Below, piece by piece: positions 53,004 to 61,027 of a stretch of 64,000 bases of DNA. The notes under the pieces were generated by a model. It made no database searches. It was not told the DNA's origin and saw only the letters and a list, made by a program, of their open reading frames with translations. Made by a program: the position numbers and the translations under genes. Positions within the stretch are counted from its first letter, which is position 1. The number at the start of each line of letters is the position of its first letter. Source of the DNA: Ignavibacteriota bacterium. Lineage in GTDB: Bacteria; Bacteroidota; Ignavibacteria; UBA10030. The stretch lies in contig OY969585.1 of NCBI GenBank assembly GCA_963701295.1, positions 1,312,001 through 1,376,000 on the forward strand, read 5' to 3'.

Positions 53004-54279
53004 GAAAATCTTCCTTGGATGACTTGGCAAGTCCGAATAATTTCTGAATGGCGTTCATTTTCTGCAATCGCTCAGTGAGCGATGTCTCTTGTCCATTGCG
53101 CAGATTAACGATGGGTGCGTGTATGATCTTGTTGATGATGCGTTTCGTGATCAGCTCTACTAATTCACGATCCTTGGGATTGAAGCGATTAATATTCTTT
53201 GCTACTTCTTCCTGTCGGATGGATTCCATGAATTGTGTGAGCGCTGTAATCGTGGGATTCACTTCCAAGGACGCGTACCATTGCGTCAATTCTGCCAATA
53301 CATCGACAATGATCGCATCGACTTTAGGAATTTCCGCTTTCCGATGCTGCAGGTTTTCATCGATCATAGTATTTAGGGTGTCAAGATCGTAGAGAAAAAT
53401 ATTTTCCAATTCCTTAATCTGCGGATCGATGTTGCGCGGTACACCAAGATCGATGACAAACAACGGTCCATTTCTATTCTTTCGAATTAAACTTTGAATA
53501 TCGCTCGGTTGAATAATGTAACGGTTGACTTCAACGGATGAGATAACAATATCAGATTCCGCTAAGGCATCACACCAAGAGTCGAACGGAATTGCAGTGC
53601 CATGAACTTTCTGTGCTAATTGTTCGGCGCGCTCCTGTGTGCGGTTGGTAATAAGGAGTTTCCCGATATTTTTTCCGCGCAGATGAGTGGCAGTTAATTC
53701 CGCTGTCTCGCCCGCACCTATAACGAAAGCGGTTTTCTTCTGCAAGTCATCAAATATTTTTTCTGCCAATTCTACAGCTGCATAGCTAATAGAAACAGCT
53801 CCTTCACCGATTTCGGTCTCCGTTCGTGTGCGTTTTCCGACACGGAAAGCAAGCTGGAAGAGGCGATTCATAAAAATGCCGGCGGTCCTGAGTTCTATAG
53901 CAAGGTTGAATCCTTCCTTCACCTGTGCGAGAATCTGTGCATCTCCTAACACCATCGAATCAAGACTTGCTGCAACACGAAAGAGGTGCCGTGCTGCATC
54001 GCCAGCGGTCATAAGAAACATATCGGAGGGTTGTACTTTTCCTGCTGCGGACTTCTGTGCAATTAAAAGCTTCTTTAGCACATCCGGCTCGATTGTTCCG
54101 TTTTCCATCAGTACATATAATTCCGTGCGGTTGCATGTGGAGAATAAAACACTCTCGCTGGCACTCAGCGGCTTCAACAACGGCAAGGTGTGGCGAATCT
54201 CATCCGAAGAAAACCATAATCGCTCACGAACATCCAGCGGGGCTGTGTGATGTGATATACCGACGCAGAGAAGATTCAT
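52993..54279 (-). CDS. hemA: Glutamyl-tRNA reductase
   Basis: GISHHTAP, STCNRTE, HLFRVAASLDS, GAGETA, NRT, DLGVPRNI. Confidence 0.96.
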   Translation of the reverse strand: MNLLCVGISHHTAPLDVRERLWFSSDEIRHTLPLLKPLSASESVLFSTCNRTELYVLMENGTIEPDVLKKLLIAQKSAAGKVQPSDMFLMTAGDAARHLFRVAASLDSMVLGDAQILAQVKEGFNLAIELRTAGIFMNRLFQLAFRVGKRTRTETEIGEGAVSISYAAVELAEKIFDDLQKKTAFVIGAGETAELTATHLRGKNIGKLLITNRTQERAEQLAQKVHGTAIPFDSWCDALAESDIVISSVEVNRYIIQPSDIQSLIRKNRNGPLFVIDLGVPRNIDPQIKELENIFLYDLDTLNTMIDENLQHRKAEIPKVDAIIVDVLAELTQWYASLEVNPTITALTQFMESIRQEEVAKNINRFNPKDRELVELITKRIINKIIHAPIVNLRNGQETSLTERLQKMNAIQKLFGLAKSSKEDFHAD

Positions 54280-54280
54280 G

Positions 54281-55097
54281 TTAATAAAACTTGTGGAATC
54301 CGCTGAAGAAGATGTTAATAATGGTCATCGAGAAAATGGAAATGAGAAACCCCGCAATGGAGAGTATCATGACTTTCCGTCCTTGAACGCCAAAATATTT
54401 ATTTGCGATTACCAGAGATCCTGTACATAATCCAAACCATGACAGTACCAATGAGTTTTGGGTCGTCAAAATGTGCATTCTGATATACGTGGTGGAGCCA
54501 GACGATGCCAAAACAAATGGCTACGCCAAGAAGGGCAACGACAAGTTTTATCGCTGTCATGGTCATGCGTTCTAATGATTCGAGCGTAGGAAGTTTTTTA
54601 TAGATGACGCCAAAGCGTGAAGCTTTCATTTCATGGTATAACATTAAATACATGAAGCTGTATGCGCCTGCTATGGTACTCGCGGCATAGCCAATCAATG
54701 CACAAGAGACGTGCACGCCAAAAAGCGGGCTGCGGAGAATTTCCGGCACGACAGGTGTATCTTTAATAAAGAAAGTCGATGCGAGCTGAAAGAAGAACGC
54801 AATGTTGAGAATAAAATATCCGGTTTCTTTCCGATGCGAGCGGAGTTCAATGATCCAGTACGTAGCGGTAACCGAAAATGCCAACATGCCGAAAATTTCA
54901 AAGACCGTCGTGACAGGCGGATGTTGAAATGTGATCGTTCTGACTGCGAGATACAATACATGGAATGCCAAGGTGCCGATGAGGAGCGGTGTTTTCGTTT
55001 GCTTTGCCCAGAGTTTATCCGCGAAAAATGCCTTTCCGTAAGTCCACACTAAAAAAAAGTATAAAACAGGCAAAATGTAATTTAAATAACCGCTCAC
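54281..55097 (-). pseudogene. HemX/YpjD-like membrane protein (CcsA superfamily), split by a +1 frameshift near 54421
   Basis: Multiple TM helices, GVHV, KKLPTLESLE, DPK; removing one base joins WIMY to GSLVIANKYFGVQGRK...SGFHKFY; first gene of the hem operon. Confidence 0.8.
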
Positions 55098-55441
55098 GAA
55101 GGTTCCCTTTACAGAGTATTCATGAAAAAGGTAGAGAAATGTTGCTGGAGAAACAAGAAGAGGGGGAAGGAGGAAAAGAGATGAATTGTAATTATCTACT
55201 CTATACTTAGTTACTCGTCGACTCTGTGCTTACGGCTCAGACTTCTCAACTGCTCATCTGCTCTCGGGCTCATTTACTCAACAATTCATTTTACATTTTT
55301 GCTGTTGTTATATGCCGCCCAAAAGCTGCTGCCGGAGAAACAAGTCGAACGATCCTATAAAGTAGTTCTGCAAACAGAAGCATTCGGGAATGATCGTGGC
55401 AGGTTAGTCTTTCTTACCCTCCACAATCTTTATCTCTTTTC

Positions 55442-55474
55442 GTCATTGCGAACAGTTTTATCGTGAAGCAATCT
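55442..55474. repeat. REP-like element of the GTCATTGCGA...GAAGCAATC type
   Basis: GTCATTGCGAACAGTTTTATCGTGAAGCAATCT directly after the copy-1 stop. Confidence 0.5.
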
Positions 55475-55478
55475 CTCT

Positions 55479-55901
55479 TTATTTCTTCATTTCCTCCGCG
55501 GCCTTCTTTTCGAGATCTGTGGGCACTTTCACAAGAAGCGTTTTAATGTGCTTTGGAAATCGTCCATTTTCCTTTTCTTGCTTGATAAGCTCAACCATTG
55601 ATTTATCTGTAAATGCAAACACAATTTCCTGCGGTTTTTCGCTGAGGGAACCTGCCCAAAAAGCATTCGAGCGGACTTTGGCAAGCTCATCTACTCCAGG
55701 TTTTTCGCTTGTCGTTTTACTTGAGCTTGTTGAGATAAAACAGACTATTGTGCCGTCTTCAGAAACGGCATCGCATTCAAATTCTCCACCGGACTGTACT
55801 CCTAATTTGCGTTTTGCAAAAGCTTGATGATACTTCTTGGAAAGGAATTCGTGCCGTATCCAATTTTCAACATCTCTTGTAACTATCGTTGAGTCTGCCA
55901 T
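55479..55901 (-). CDS. Hypothetical protein, copy 1 (possible restriction-endonuclease-like fold)
   Basis: MADSTIV... with AAGGA RBS; strongly similar to 57077-57514. Confidence 0.8.
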   Translation of the reverse strand: MADSTIVTRDVENWIRHEFLSKKYHQAFAKRKLGVQSGGEFECDAVSEDGTIVCFISTSSSKTTSEKPGVDELAKVRSNAFWAGSLSEKPQEIVFAFTDKSMVELIKQEKENGRFPKHIKTLLVKVPTDLEKKAAEEMKK

Positions 55902-55924
55902 TGAATATTCCTTAGCGTCCATCT

Positions 55925-56018
55925 GTAGCCGAGGTCGTTGACCTCGGCAAATTCTTCAGTTTCCTTAAAACCGCGATCACCCGCCATTAAGATTGGCGGG
56001 CAGGCCGGTCGCGGCTAT
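55925..56018. repeat. GTAG-type REP doublet with a second palindrome nested in one arm
   Basis: GTAG-CCGAGGTC-GTT-GACCTCGG and inverted CCGCGATC...GGTCGCGG-CTAT interrupted by CCCGCCA-N7-TGGCGGG. Confidence 0.6.
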
Positions 56019-57073
56019 AAAATCTTTTCGCGTTGATTGCGCCACTCTTGAATATCCGCAGGCGGTACTAGAATCTCTCCCGATCCACGCCGCTCGAGAT
56101 GAATCGCGTCCTCCGGACATACCAGCACACATAATCCGCACCCAACACACCGTTTCAGGTCGGCCTTGAGAACAATATCCGGTATCGACAGCGCTTTGAA
56201 CTGACATCGGTCGATGCATACACCGCACACCGAGCAGTTTTCTTCTACGACTGCGATTTGATAATCAGAATGCGCAATAGCGCTCATGATTCCATACTCT
56301 GCAATACCCCGCATGATTCCGCAGCAGCAAGTACAGCAATTACAGATGTACTCGATCCCGTCTTTATAATTTCCTGAGGAGTGCACAAGCCCCGCTTCTT
56401 CGGTTTCCCGCAAAATGCTGAACGCTTCTTCTTTCGTGAGAGCCCGGTCCACTGTGCTGCGGTTGAAGGCATTCTTGACCGGTGCAAAGACCAGACATGT
56501 CTCCAGCTTATGGTGACATTGTTTTCCGAGCAGTTGCTGCTGCTTGCGGCAAATACAGTCCCGCACACCCCACGATTGTGCTTTCTCCAGCAGTTCTGAG
56601 GCGCGTTCGTATGGTTCGATGTTCACTTTAATTGGAATCGCCCTATCGACAGGTATAACCCGATGCAAAGCAGGCGTTGGACGCAGCACACCGCCCTGCG
56701 TTTCCCGATAATAGTGCTCAAACAATTCCGCCATTTCCACATCCATGCGGGCAAGCTGACCTTCATAGAATCCGACAACAAAAGGACGCAGTGCATATGC
56801 AAATTCTCCCTCGCCTTTTTTCAGATCGACCAATCCTTTCGCGACCATCCGCTTGAGTGTATCGCGCGTTTCTTTCGGATCGACACCTGCGTGTTCCGCG
56901 ATCGCAGACGCCGGTTCAGCTTTCAGATGCATCGCACAAGCAAGTAACGCTTCTTCAGGCGTAAACACCTTTGCCAGCATTGCAAATTCGATTCCGCTTT
57001 TTGCAGGCGGGAATCGGTTTGGCAGTTCGTCTAACCTTTTTGCCAGCCGTTTATAGATTTCATTTGAGATCAA
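56015..57073 (-). CDS. 4Fe-4S dicluster domain protein with N-terminal HTH-like region
   Basis: DCICR, ICNCCTCCCG, CSVCGVCIDRCQF, CVGCGLCVLVCP. Confidence 0.88.
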   Translation of the reverse strand: MISNEIYKRLAKRLDELPNRFPPAKSGIEFAMLAKVFTPEEALLACAMHLKAEPASAIAEHAGVDPKETRDTLKRMVAKGLVDLKKGEGEFAYALRPFVVGFYEGQLARMDVEMAELFEHYYRETQGGVLRPTPALHRVIPVDRAIPIKVNIEPYERASELLEKAQSWGVRDCICRKQQQLLGKQCHHKLETCLVFAPVKNAFNRSTVDRALTKEEAFSILRETEEAGLVHSSGNYKDGIEYICNCCTCCCGIMRGIAEYGIMSAIAHSDYQIAVVEENCSVCGVCIDRCQFKALSIPDIVLKADLKRCVGCGLCVLVCPEDAIHLERRGSGEILVPPADIQEWRNQREKIL

Positions 57074-57076
57074 TGT

Positions 57077-57514
57077 TTATTTCCTTTGTTTTGATATTTC
57101 CTCCGCCGCATTCTTCTTCATCTCTGCAAGTTTCTTTTCGAGGTCTGCCGGCAATTTGACAAGAAGCGTCTTAATGTACTTTGGGAAGCGTCCATTTTCT
57201 TTTTCTTGCTTGATAAGCTCGACCATTGATTTATCTGTAAATGCAAACACAATTTCCTGCGGTTTTTCACTGAGGGAACCTGCCCAAAAAGCATTATCCC
57301 GGATTTTCGCAATCACACCCGTGTCTGTCTTACTTGAGCTTGTTGAGATAAAGCAGACAGTTTTACCATCTTCAGAAACAGCGTCGCATTCAAATTCTCC
57401 GCCGGACTGTACGCCTAATTTGCGTTTTGCAAAACCTTGGTGATATTTCTTAGGAAGGAATTCGCTTCTTATCCAATATTCAACATCTTTTGTGGCTATG
57501 GTTGAGTCTGCCAT
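57077..57514 (-). CDS. Hypothetical protein, copy 2 (possible restriction-endonuclease-like fold)
   Basis: MADSTIA...GGEFECDAVSEDG...FWAGSLSEKPQEIVFAFTDKSM; paralogue of 55479-55901. Confidence 0.8.
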   Translation of the reverse strand: MADSTIATKDVEYWIRSEFLPKKYHQGFAKRKLGVQSGGEFECDAVSEDGKTVCFISTSSSKTDTGVIAKIRDNAFWAGSLSEKPQEIVFAFTDKSMVELIKQEKENGRFPKYIKTLLVKLPADLEKKLAEMKKNAAEEISKQRK

Positions 57515-57523
57515 AATATTATG

Positions 57524-57895
57524 CTACCTCTTCCTTAACTCGTCAACAGCATTATACACATTCTGACATACTCCATCGACATTCTTACAAACATCCTCGT
57601 TGGTAAAACGGAGAAACCGTATTCCAAATGCCTCAATGTGTTCCTGACGTGTTTTGTCTTGCTCCTGTGCGCCTTGCATAAAGTGTGAATCGCCATCGAC
57701 TTCAATGGCAAGCTTCAACCGTGGACAATAGAAATCGAGCACATATTGATTGACACTATATTGTCGAAGAAATCGCTCTCCGAGTATCTGTTTATTTTTT
57801 AGTTTAGACCAGAGTATAACTTCCGCTATCGGCATGTTCTTGCGAAGTGATCTTCTTCGTGCTTTTAATTCCTCTTTATTAAACGTTTCAGTCAT
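57524..57895 (-). CDS. DUF559 (Vsr-like) endonuclease domain protein
   Basis: LRKNM..AE..LW, FLRQY, YVLDFYC, AIEVDGDSH, GIRFLRFTNEDV. Confidence 0.92.
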   Translation of the reverse strand: MTETFNKEELKARRRSLRKNMPIAEVILWSKLKNKQILGERFLRQYSVNQYVLDFYCPRLKLAIEVDGDSHFMQGAQEQDKTRQEHIEAFGIRFLRFTNEDVCKNVDGVCQNVYNAVDELRKR

Positions 57896-57904
57896 AATTT
57901 TGAT

Positions 57905-57949
57905 AACCCCCTTTTCTCCCCCCTTTCAGAAAGGGGGGATTGGGGGGTT
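57905..57949. repeat. C/G-rich REP-like palindrome upstream of DUF559
   Basis: AACCCCC..TCCCCCCTTTC-A-GAAAGGGGGGA..GGGGGGTT. Confidence 0.7.
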
Positions 57950-57950
57950 C

Positions 57951-58074
57951 ATAACACTCCGCCGGACTGCACTCCTAATTTCTGTTTTGAGAATGCTTGA
58001 TGATATTTCTTGGGAAGGAATTCGCTTCTTATCCAATTTTCAACATCTCATATTGCTATCGCTGAGTCTGCCAT
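57951..58074 (-). pseudogene. 5' fragment (third copy) of the MADS... hypothetical gene
   Basis: Manual translation MADSAIAI*DVENWIRSEFLPKKYHQAFSKQKLGVQSGG, with an internal stop, cut off at the palindrome. Confidence 0.85.
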
Positions 58075-58228
58075 TGTGGTATTAACTATGAGTTGCAATT
58101 GAGACTATTTGGTAAATATCTTCACCCTTTTTTAGAGCCTCTAATAATTTCTTAAACATATACGCATCGTGATAATTTGTCTTTTCTTGTATCATCAGCA
58201 ACTTGGCAATTAAGATTAAAAATTTACA

Positions 58229-58807
58229 CTATACTTTCCCTTCGCTAGAGATAATAATCTTCATATTTTCTTTACTATTATTAAATCGAACGGAAGAGAT
58301 AACTGGAACATTTAGTTTGTATGGATTCTCGAGTTCTGGGTAGAATATTACAATACTTGAAGGAAATGGTGCGGATTGCTCACTATTCCCAAAAGATAAT
58401 CTTCCAGCAATAAGACGCACTTCGCCCGCTTTCATTGCCCAATCATGCCACCATCTTGTATCGGTACGAGAAGGAACAAGACATACCACCAATGCACCCC
58501 GTTGGCTTTCCTGATAAGCTTTCTTCATCCAATGGGAAATGTTTTTGCCATAAGGTGGATTCATCCAGCAACGAAAAGGGCTCCATTCTTGATTAAGGCC
58601 ATTCACCTGCTTATCGAAATATACTTTGCATTTAGCATTTTCTGAAGTTGCGCACACGTCTACCTGAAAATTGAATTCCTTATTGAGAATGCTAAAAACA
58701 TGTTGCGGGGTTTCCCATTCTTCCGTTCTACTTGTAAAAAGACCAGAGGTCAATCTCGATTTATCATTCGCTTTTTCTATAGCTTTGGCTGGGACGCTTT
58801 TTATCAT
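58229..58807 (-). CDS. Phage-type DNA N6-adenine methyltransferase
   Basis: EWETPQ, DVCA...NAKC, WMNPPYG, VPSRTDTRWWH, GRLSFG, APFPS. Confidence 0.88.
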   Translation of the reverse strand: MIKSVPAKAIEKANDKSRLTSGLFTSRTEEWETPQHVFSILNKEFNFQVDVCATSENAKCKVYFDKQVNGLNQEWSPFRCWMNPPYGKNISHWMKKAYQESQRGALVVCLVPSRTDTRWWHDWAMKAGEVRLIAGRLSFGNSEQSAPFPSSIVIFYPELENPYKLNVPVISSVRFNNSKENMKIIISSEGKV

Positions 58808-58812
58808 AAATA

Positions 58813-59538
58813 TTAAAATTTTCCTTCAACAATACTCAATTCAACTTGTTTTGTATGCAGTTCAGCCACGATGTCATAGGAAATAAACTTCACTCTATGA
58901 GCTATATTTCTAAAAGCATTCATACTGATAATAGACTGATACTGTCTTTCCCTTTTGTTGTCTGCCACAACCCTGAATTCAACATTAAAATCCTGAAGCT
59001 CAACGAATTTTAATAAAGAGTTTTTAAAATCTGTTGAATGTTCTATTTCAAAAAAAGAGTGTGGAAGCTTTCTTTCATTGAACCAAGAGACATCTATCGT
59101 AGCTGCTCTATCTACTATATGATCATAACTAAAATTATAGAATTGATCAATCGTTGCTATTTCACCCAGCAAATGAGATAGATATTTTCTGTTCTTATCT
59201 TGCGATGGAACGTATGTTGTCATCTTCTTTATATTCCCAAGTTCAAGAAGAAGTCCTTGATAATATGAATGATTGAAAGCTTCATCATTTTTGCCTTTCC
59301 TTTCTGCTATTTCAAACACTTTGAGAATTTGTTCTCTCTCTGATTTTAACGCCCATAATCCCGGTCTGATTTTAAAGAAGAACCTCTCGTCTTGAACAAT
59401 ACGTCTAATAGTGGCAAAGGGAGTTTGTGTGCCCCATTTTACATTTTCTATTTTGAAAACTTCTATATACAAGTTGCCTAAAGTTGAGAATCCACCATTA
59501 GCTTTCATCACTTCTATCACTGCTTCATATTGCTTCAT
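58813..59538 (-). CDS. Winged-HTH plus PD-(D/E)xK-like nuclease-fold protein
   Basis: WGTQTPFATIRRIVQ...PGLWAL N-terminal domain; HSYYQG, IDVSW...FFEIEHSTD core. Confidence 0.7.
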   Translation of the reverse strand: MKQYEAVIEVMKANGGFSTLGNLYIEVFKIENVKWGTQTPFATIRRIVQDERFFFKIRPGLWALKSEREQILKVFEIAERKGKNDEAFNHSYYQGLLLELGNIKKMTTYVPSQDKNRKYLSHLLGEIATIDQFYNFSYDHIVDRAATIDVSWFNERKLPHSFFEIEHSTDFKNSLLKFVELQDFNVEFRVVADNKRERQYQSIISMNAFRNIAHRVKFISYDIVAELHTKQVELSIVEGKF

Positions 59539-59783
59539 CGTATTTTCTCCTGAGACAAACGGAAGTATTTTCAATTAAATCACCAATCCCTCTTCTAGTT
59601 TACAATGAACATTTCCAGTTTTGAAAAATCTTTTGAATAATTGCCATCGGTGAGTCGCTCAATCCCCGATCACCTACCCGCCGAAACAACTGTGCCGGTA
59701 GGACATCTGTTAAGAAGTTATGCAAAAGGGATGGGAATCTCAATGGTAAGAGACTTTTAGATTCCTGAAATTTCTCAAGGTTT

Positions 59784-59832
59784 AGATTCTCGAAGTTTCT
59801 CACAAGAGACAACAGGTAAACTTCGAGAATCT
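59784..59832. repeat. Perfect 15-bp inverted repeat at the edge of the accessory patch
   Basis: AGATTCTCGAAGTTT-N19-AAACTTCGAGAATCT. Confidence 0.75.
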
Positions 59833-59938
59833 TCTCTGAGATACGCAGGACTTTCCCTGGTAATTACTTACCATGACCGCCCTTTTGCGTGGCACTTCGC
59901 ACCTGACCTTGTTTCACTTCAAATGCACATCTGCATGC

Positions 59939-60577
59939 TCATTCAAACAACAGCATCTGTGGTAAACGGTATTTCACACGCGCCAGGATATAGTTGAGGT
60001 CGACTGGATTATTGACGAAATCGAGGTCGTCACTTTCGATGATGAGAAGTGGACCAAGCTTATATCGGGCAATCCAATCTTCATAGAGCTTATTGAGCTG
60101 CTCGAGATAGGAACGCTGGATTCCTTGTTCAAAATCTCGTCCGCGTTTGGAGATTTGTTTCATAAGCGTATCTACATTTGCCCGTAAGTAGATCATTAAG
60201 CCGGGGGGTTTGAGGTATTCCGTCATCACGTGGAAGAGTGAGACATAGCTGGTGTAGTCACGCTCCGTCATTTTTCCAATATCATAGAGGTTGCGCGCAA
60301 AGATCTCGGCGTCTTCATAAATAGAACGATCTTGAATCACTGATTCGCTCGATTCGACGATCTCTTTGTGACGCTTGAAACGATTGGCAAGGAAATAAAT
60401 TTGCAGGTGAAACGACCAGCGCGACATATCGGCATAGAAATCAGAAATATAAGGATTATCATCCACCGACTCAATGTGCGGTTTCCATTGGAAATGCTCG
60501 CCAAGTAATCGTGACAGCGACGATTTCCCGGCGCCAATATTACCTGCAACAGCGACGAAGAGGGGATGGGAGGGCAT
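59939..60577 (-). CDS. Deoxynucleoside kinase
   Basis: AGNIGAGKS, QIYFL..RF, QDRSIYED, RGRDFE. Confidence 0.93.
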   Translation of the reverse strand: MPSHPLFVAVAGNIGAGKSSLSRLLGEHFQWKPHIESVDDNPYISDFYADMSRWSFHLQIYFLANRFKRHKEIVESSESVIQDRSIYEDAEIFARNLYDIGKMTERDYTSYVSLFHVMTEYLKPPGLMIYLRANVDTLMKQISKRGRDFEQGIQRSYLEQLNKLYEDWIARYKLGPLLIIESDDLDFVNNPVDLNYILARVKYRLPQMLLFE

Positions 60578-60612
60578 GGTGGTTTTATATGATGGAGTGA
60601 ATGTCAGAAGCA

Positions 60613-60647
60613 ATCAAGTGCGGATGCTGACTTCATCCACACTTGAT
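60613..60647. terminator. Hairpin directly downstream of the STAS gene
   Basis: ATCAAGTGCGGATG-N7-CATCCACACTTGAT with one mismatch. Confidence 0.45.
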
Positions 60648-60653
60648 ACATTA

Positions 60654-60989
60654 CTAAAATGATGCTATCGCGTCATTCACATTCTTGTGAAGATCGAATA
60701 CCTTCAGCAATTTTGTCACCTCTAGGAGGTGTTCGACTTTCTTTGACGCACGTGCGAGTTTCAAATCGCCGCCGGAGTGGCGCAGTGTTGTTAATCCGCC
60801 GATGAGCATGCCAAGTCCGGAGCTATTGATGAAGCTAACCGTTTTGAGATCAACGACGACGTTCTTTTTATCTTCGGTGATAAGCTTGTGCAAGTAGTCG
60901 TTTAAGGCAGACACATCAGGACCGCCTATGACATTGCCGTCCAGTTCGATGACCGTAATGCCTTTGATCTCTTTCGTTTTCAATTTCAT
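60654..60989 (-). CDS. STAS-domain anti-sigma factor antagonist
   Basis: VDL..V.FINSSGLGML, GGDLKL, LLEVTKL. Confidence 0.92.
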   Translation of the reverse strand: MKLKTKEIKGITVIELDGNVIGGPDVSALNDYLHKLITEDKKNVVVDLKTVSFINSSGLGMLIGGLTTLRHSGGDLKLARASKKVEHLLEVTKLLKVFDLHKNVNDAIASF

Positions 60990-61027
60990 CGTATACCTTC
61001 CTGATGATCTTTCTCAAGCGGATAGAC

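Noticed and set aside
54281-55097. System II cytochrome c synthase CcsA
   Set aside because: Lacks the Trp-rich WxWD motif (has HFDDPK) and a ccsB partner; its position before hemA fits HemX/YpjD.
58229-58807. Prophage
   Set aside because: A phage-type MTase alone; no structural, terminase or integrase genes nearby.
59600-59812. 70-aa ORF upstream of the nuclease-like gene
   Set aside because: Runs through two palindromic elements and has no recognisable motif or RBS.
55400-59900. Integron cassette array
   Set aside because: Genes are co-oriented, but I saw no RYYYAAC...GTTRRRY attC structures and no integrase; some genes are only 3-9 nt apart.
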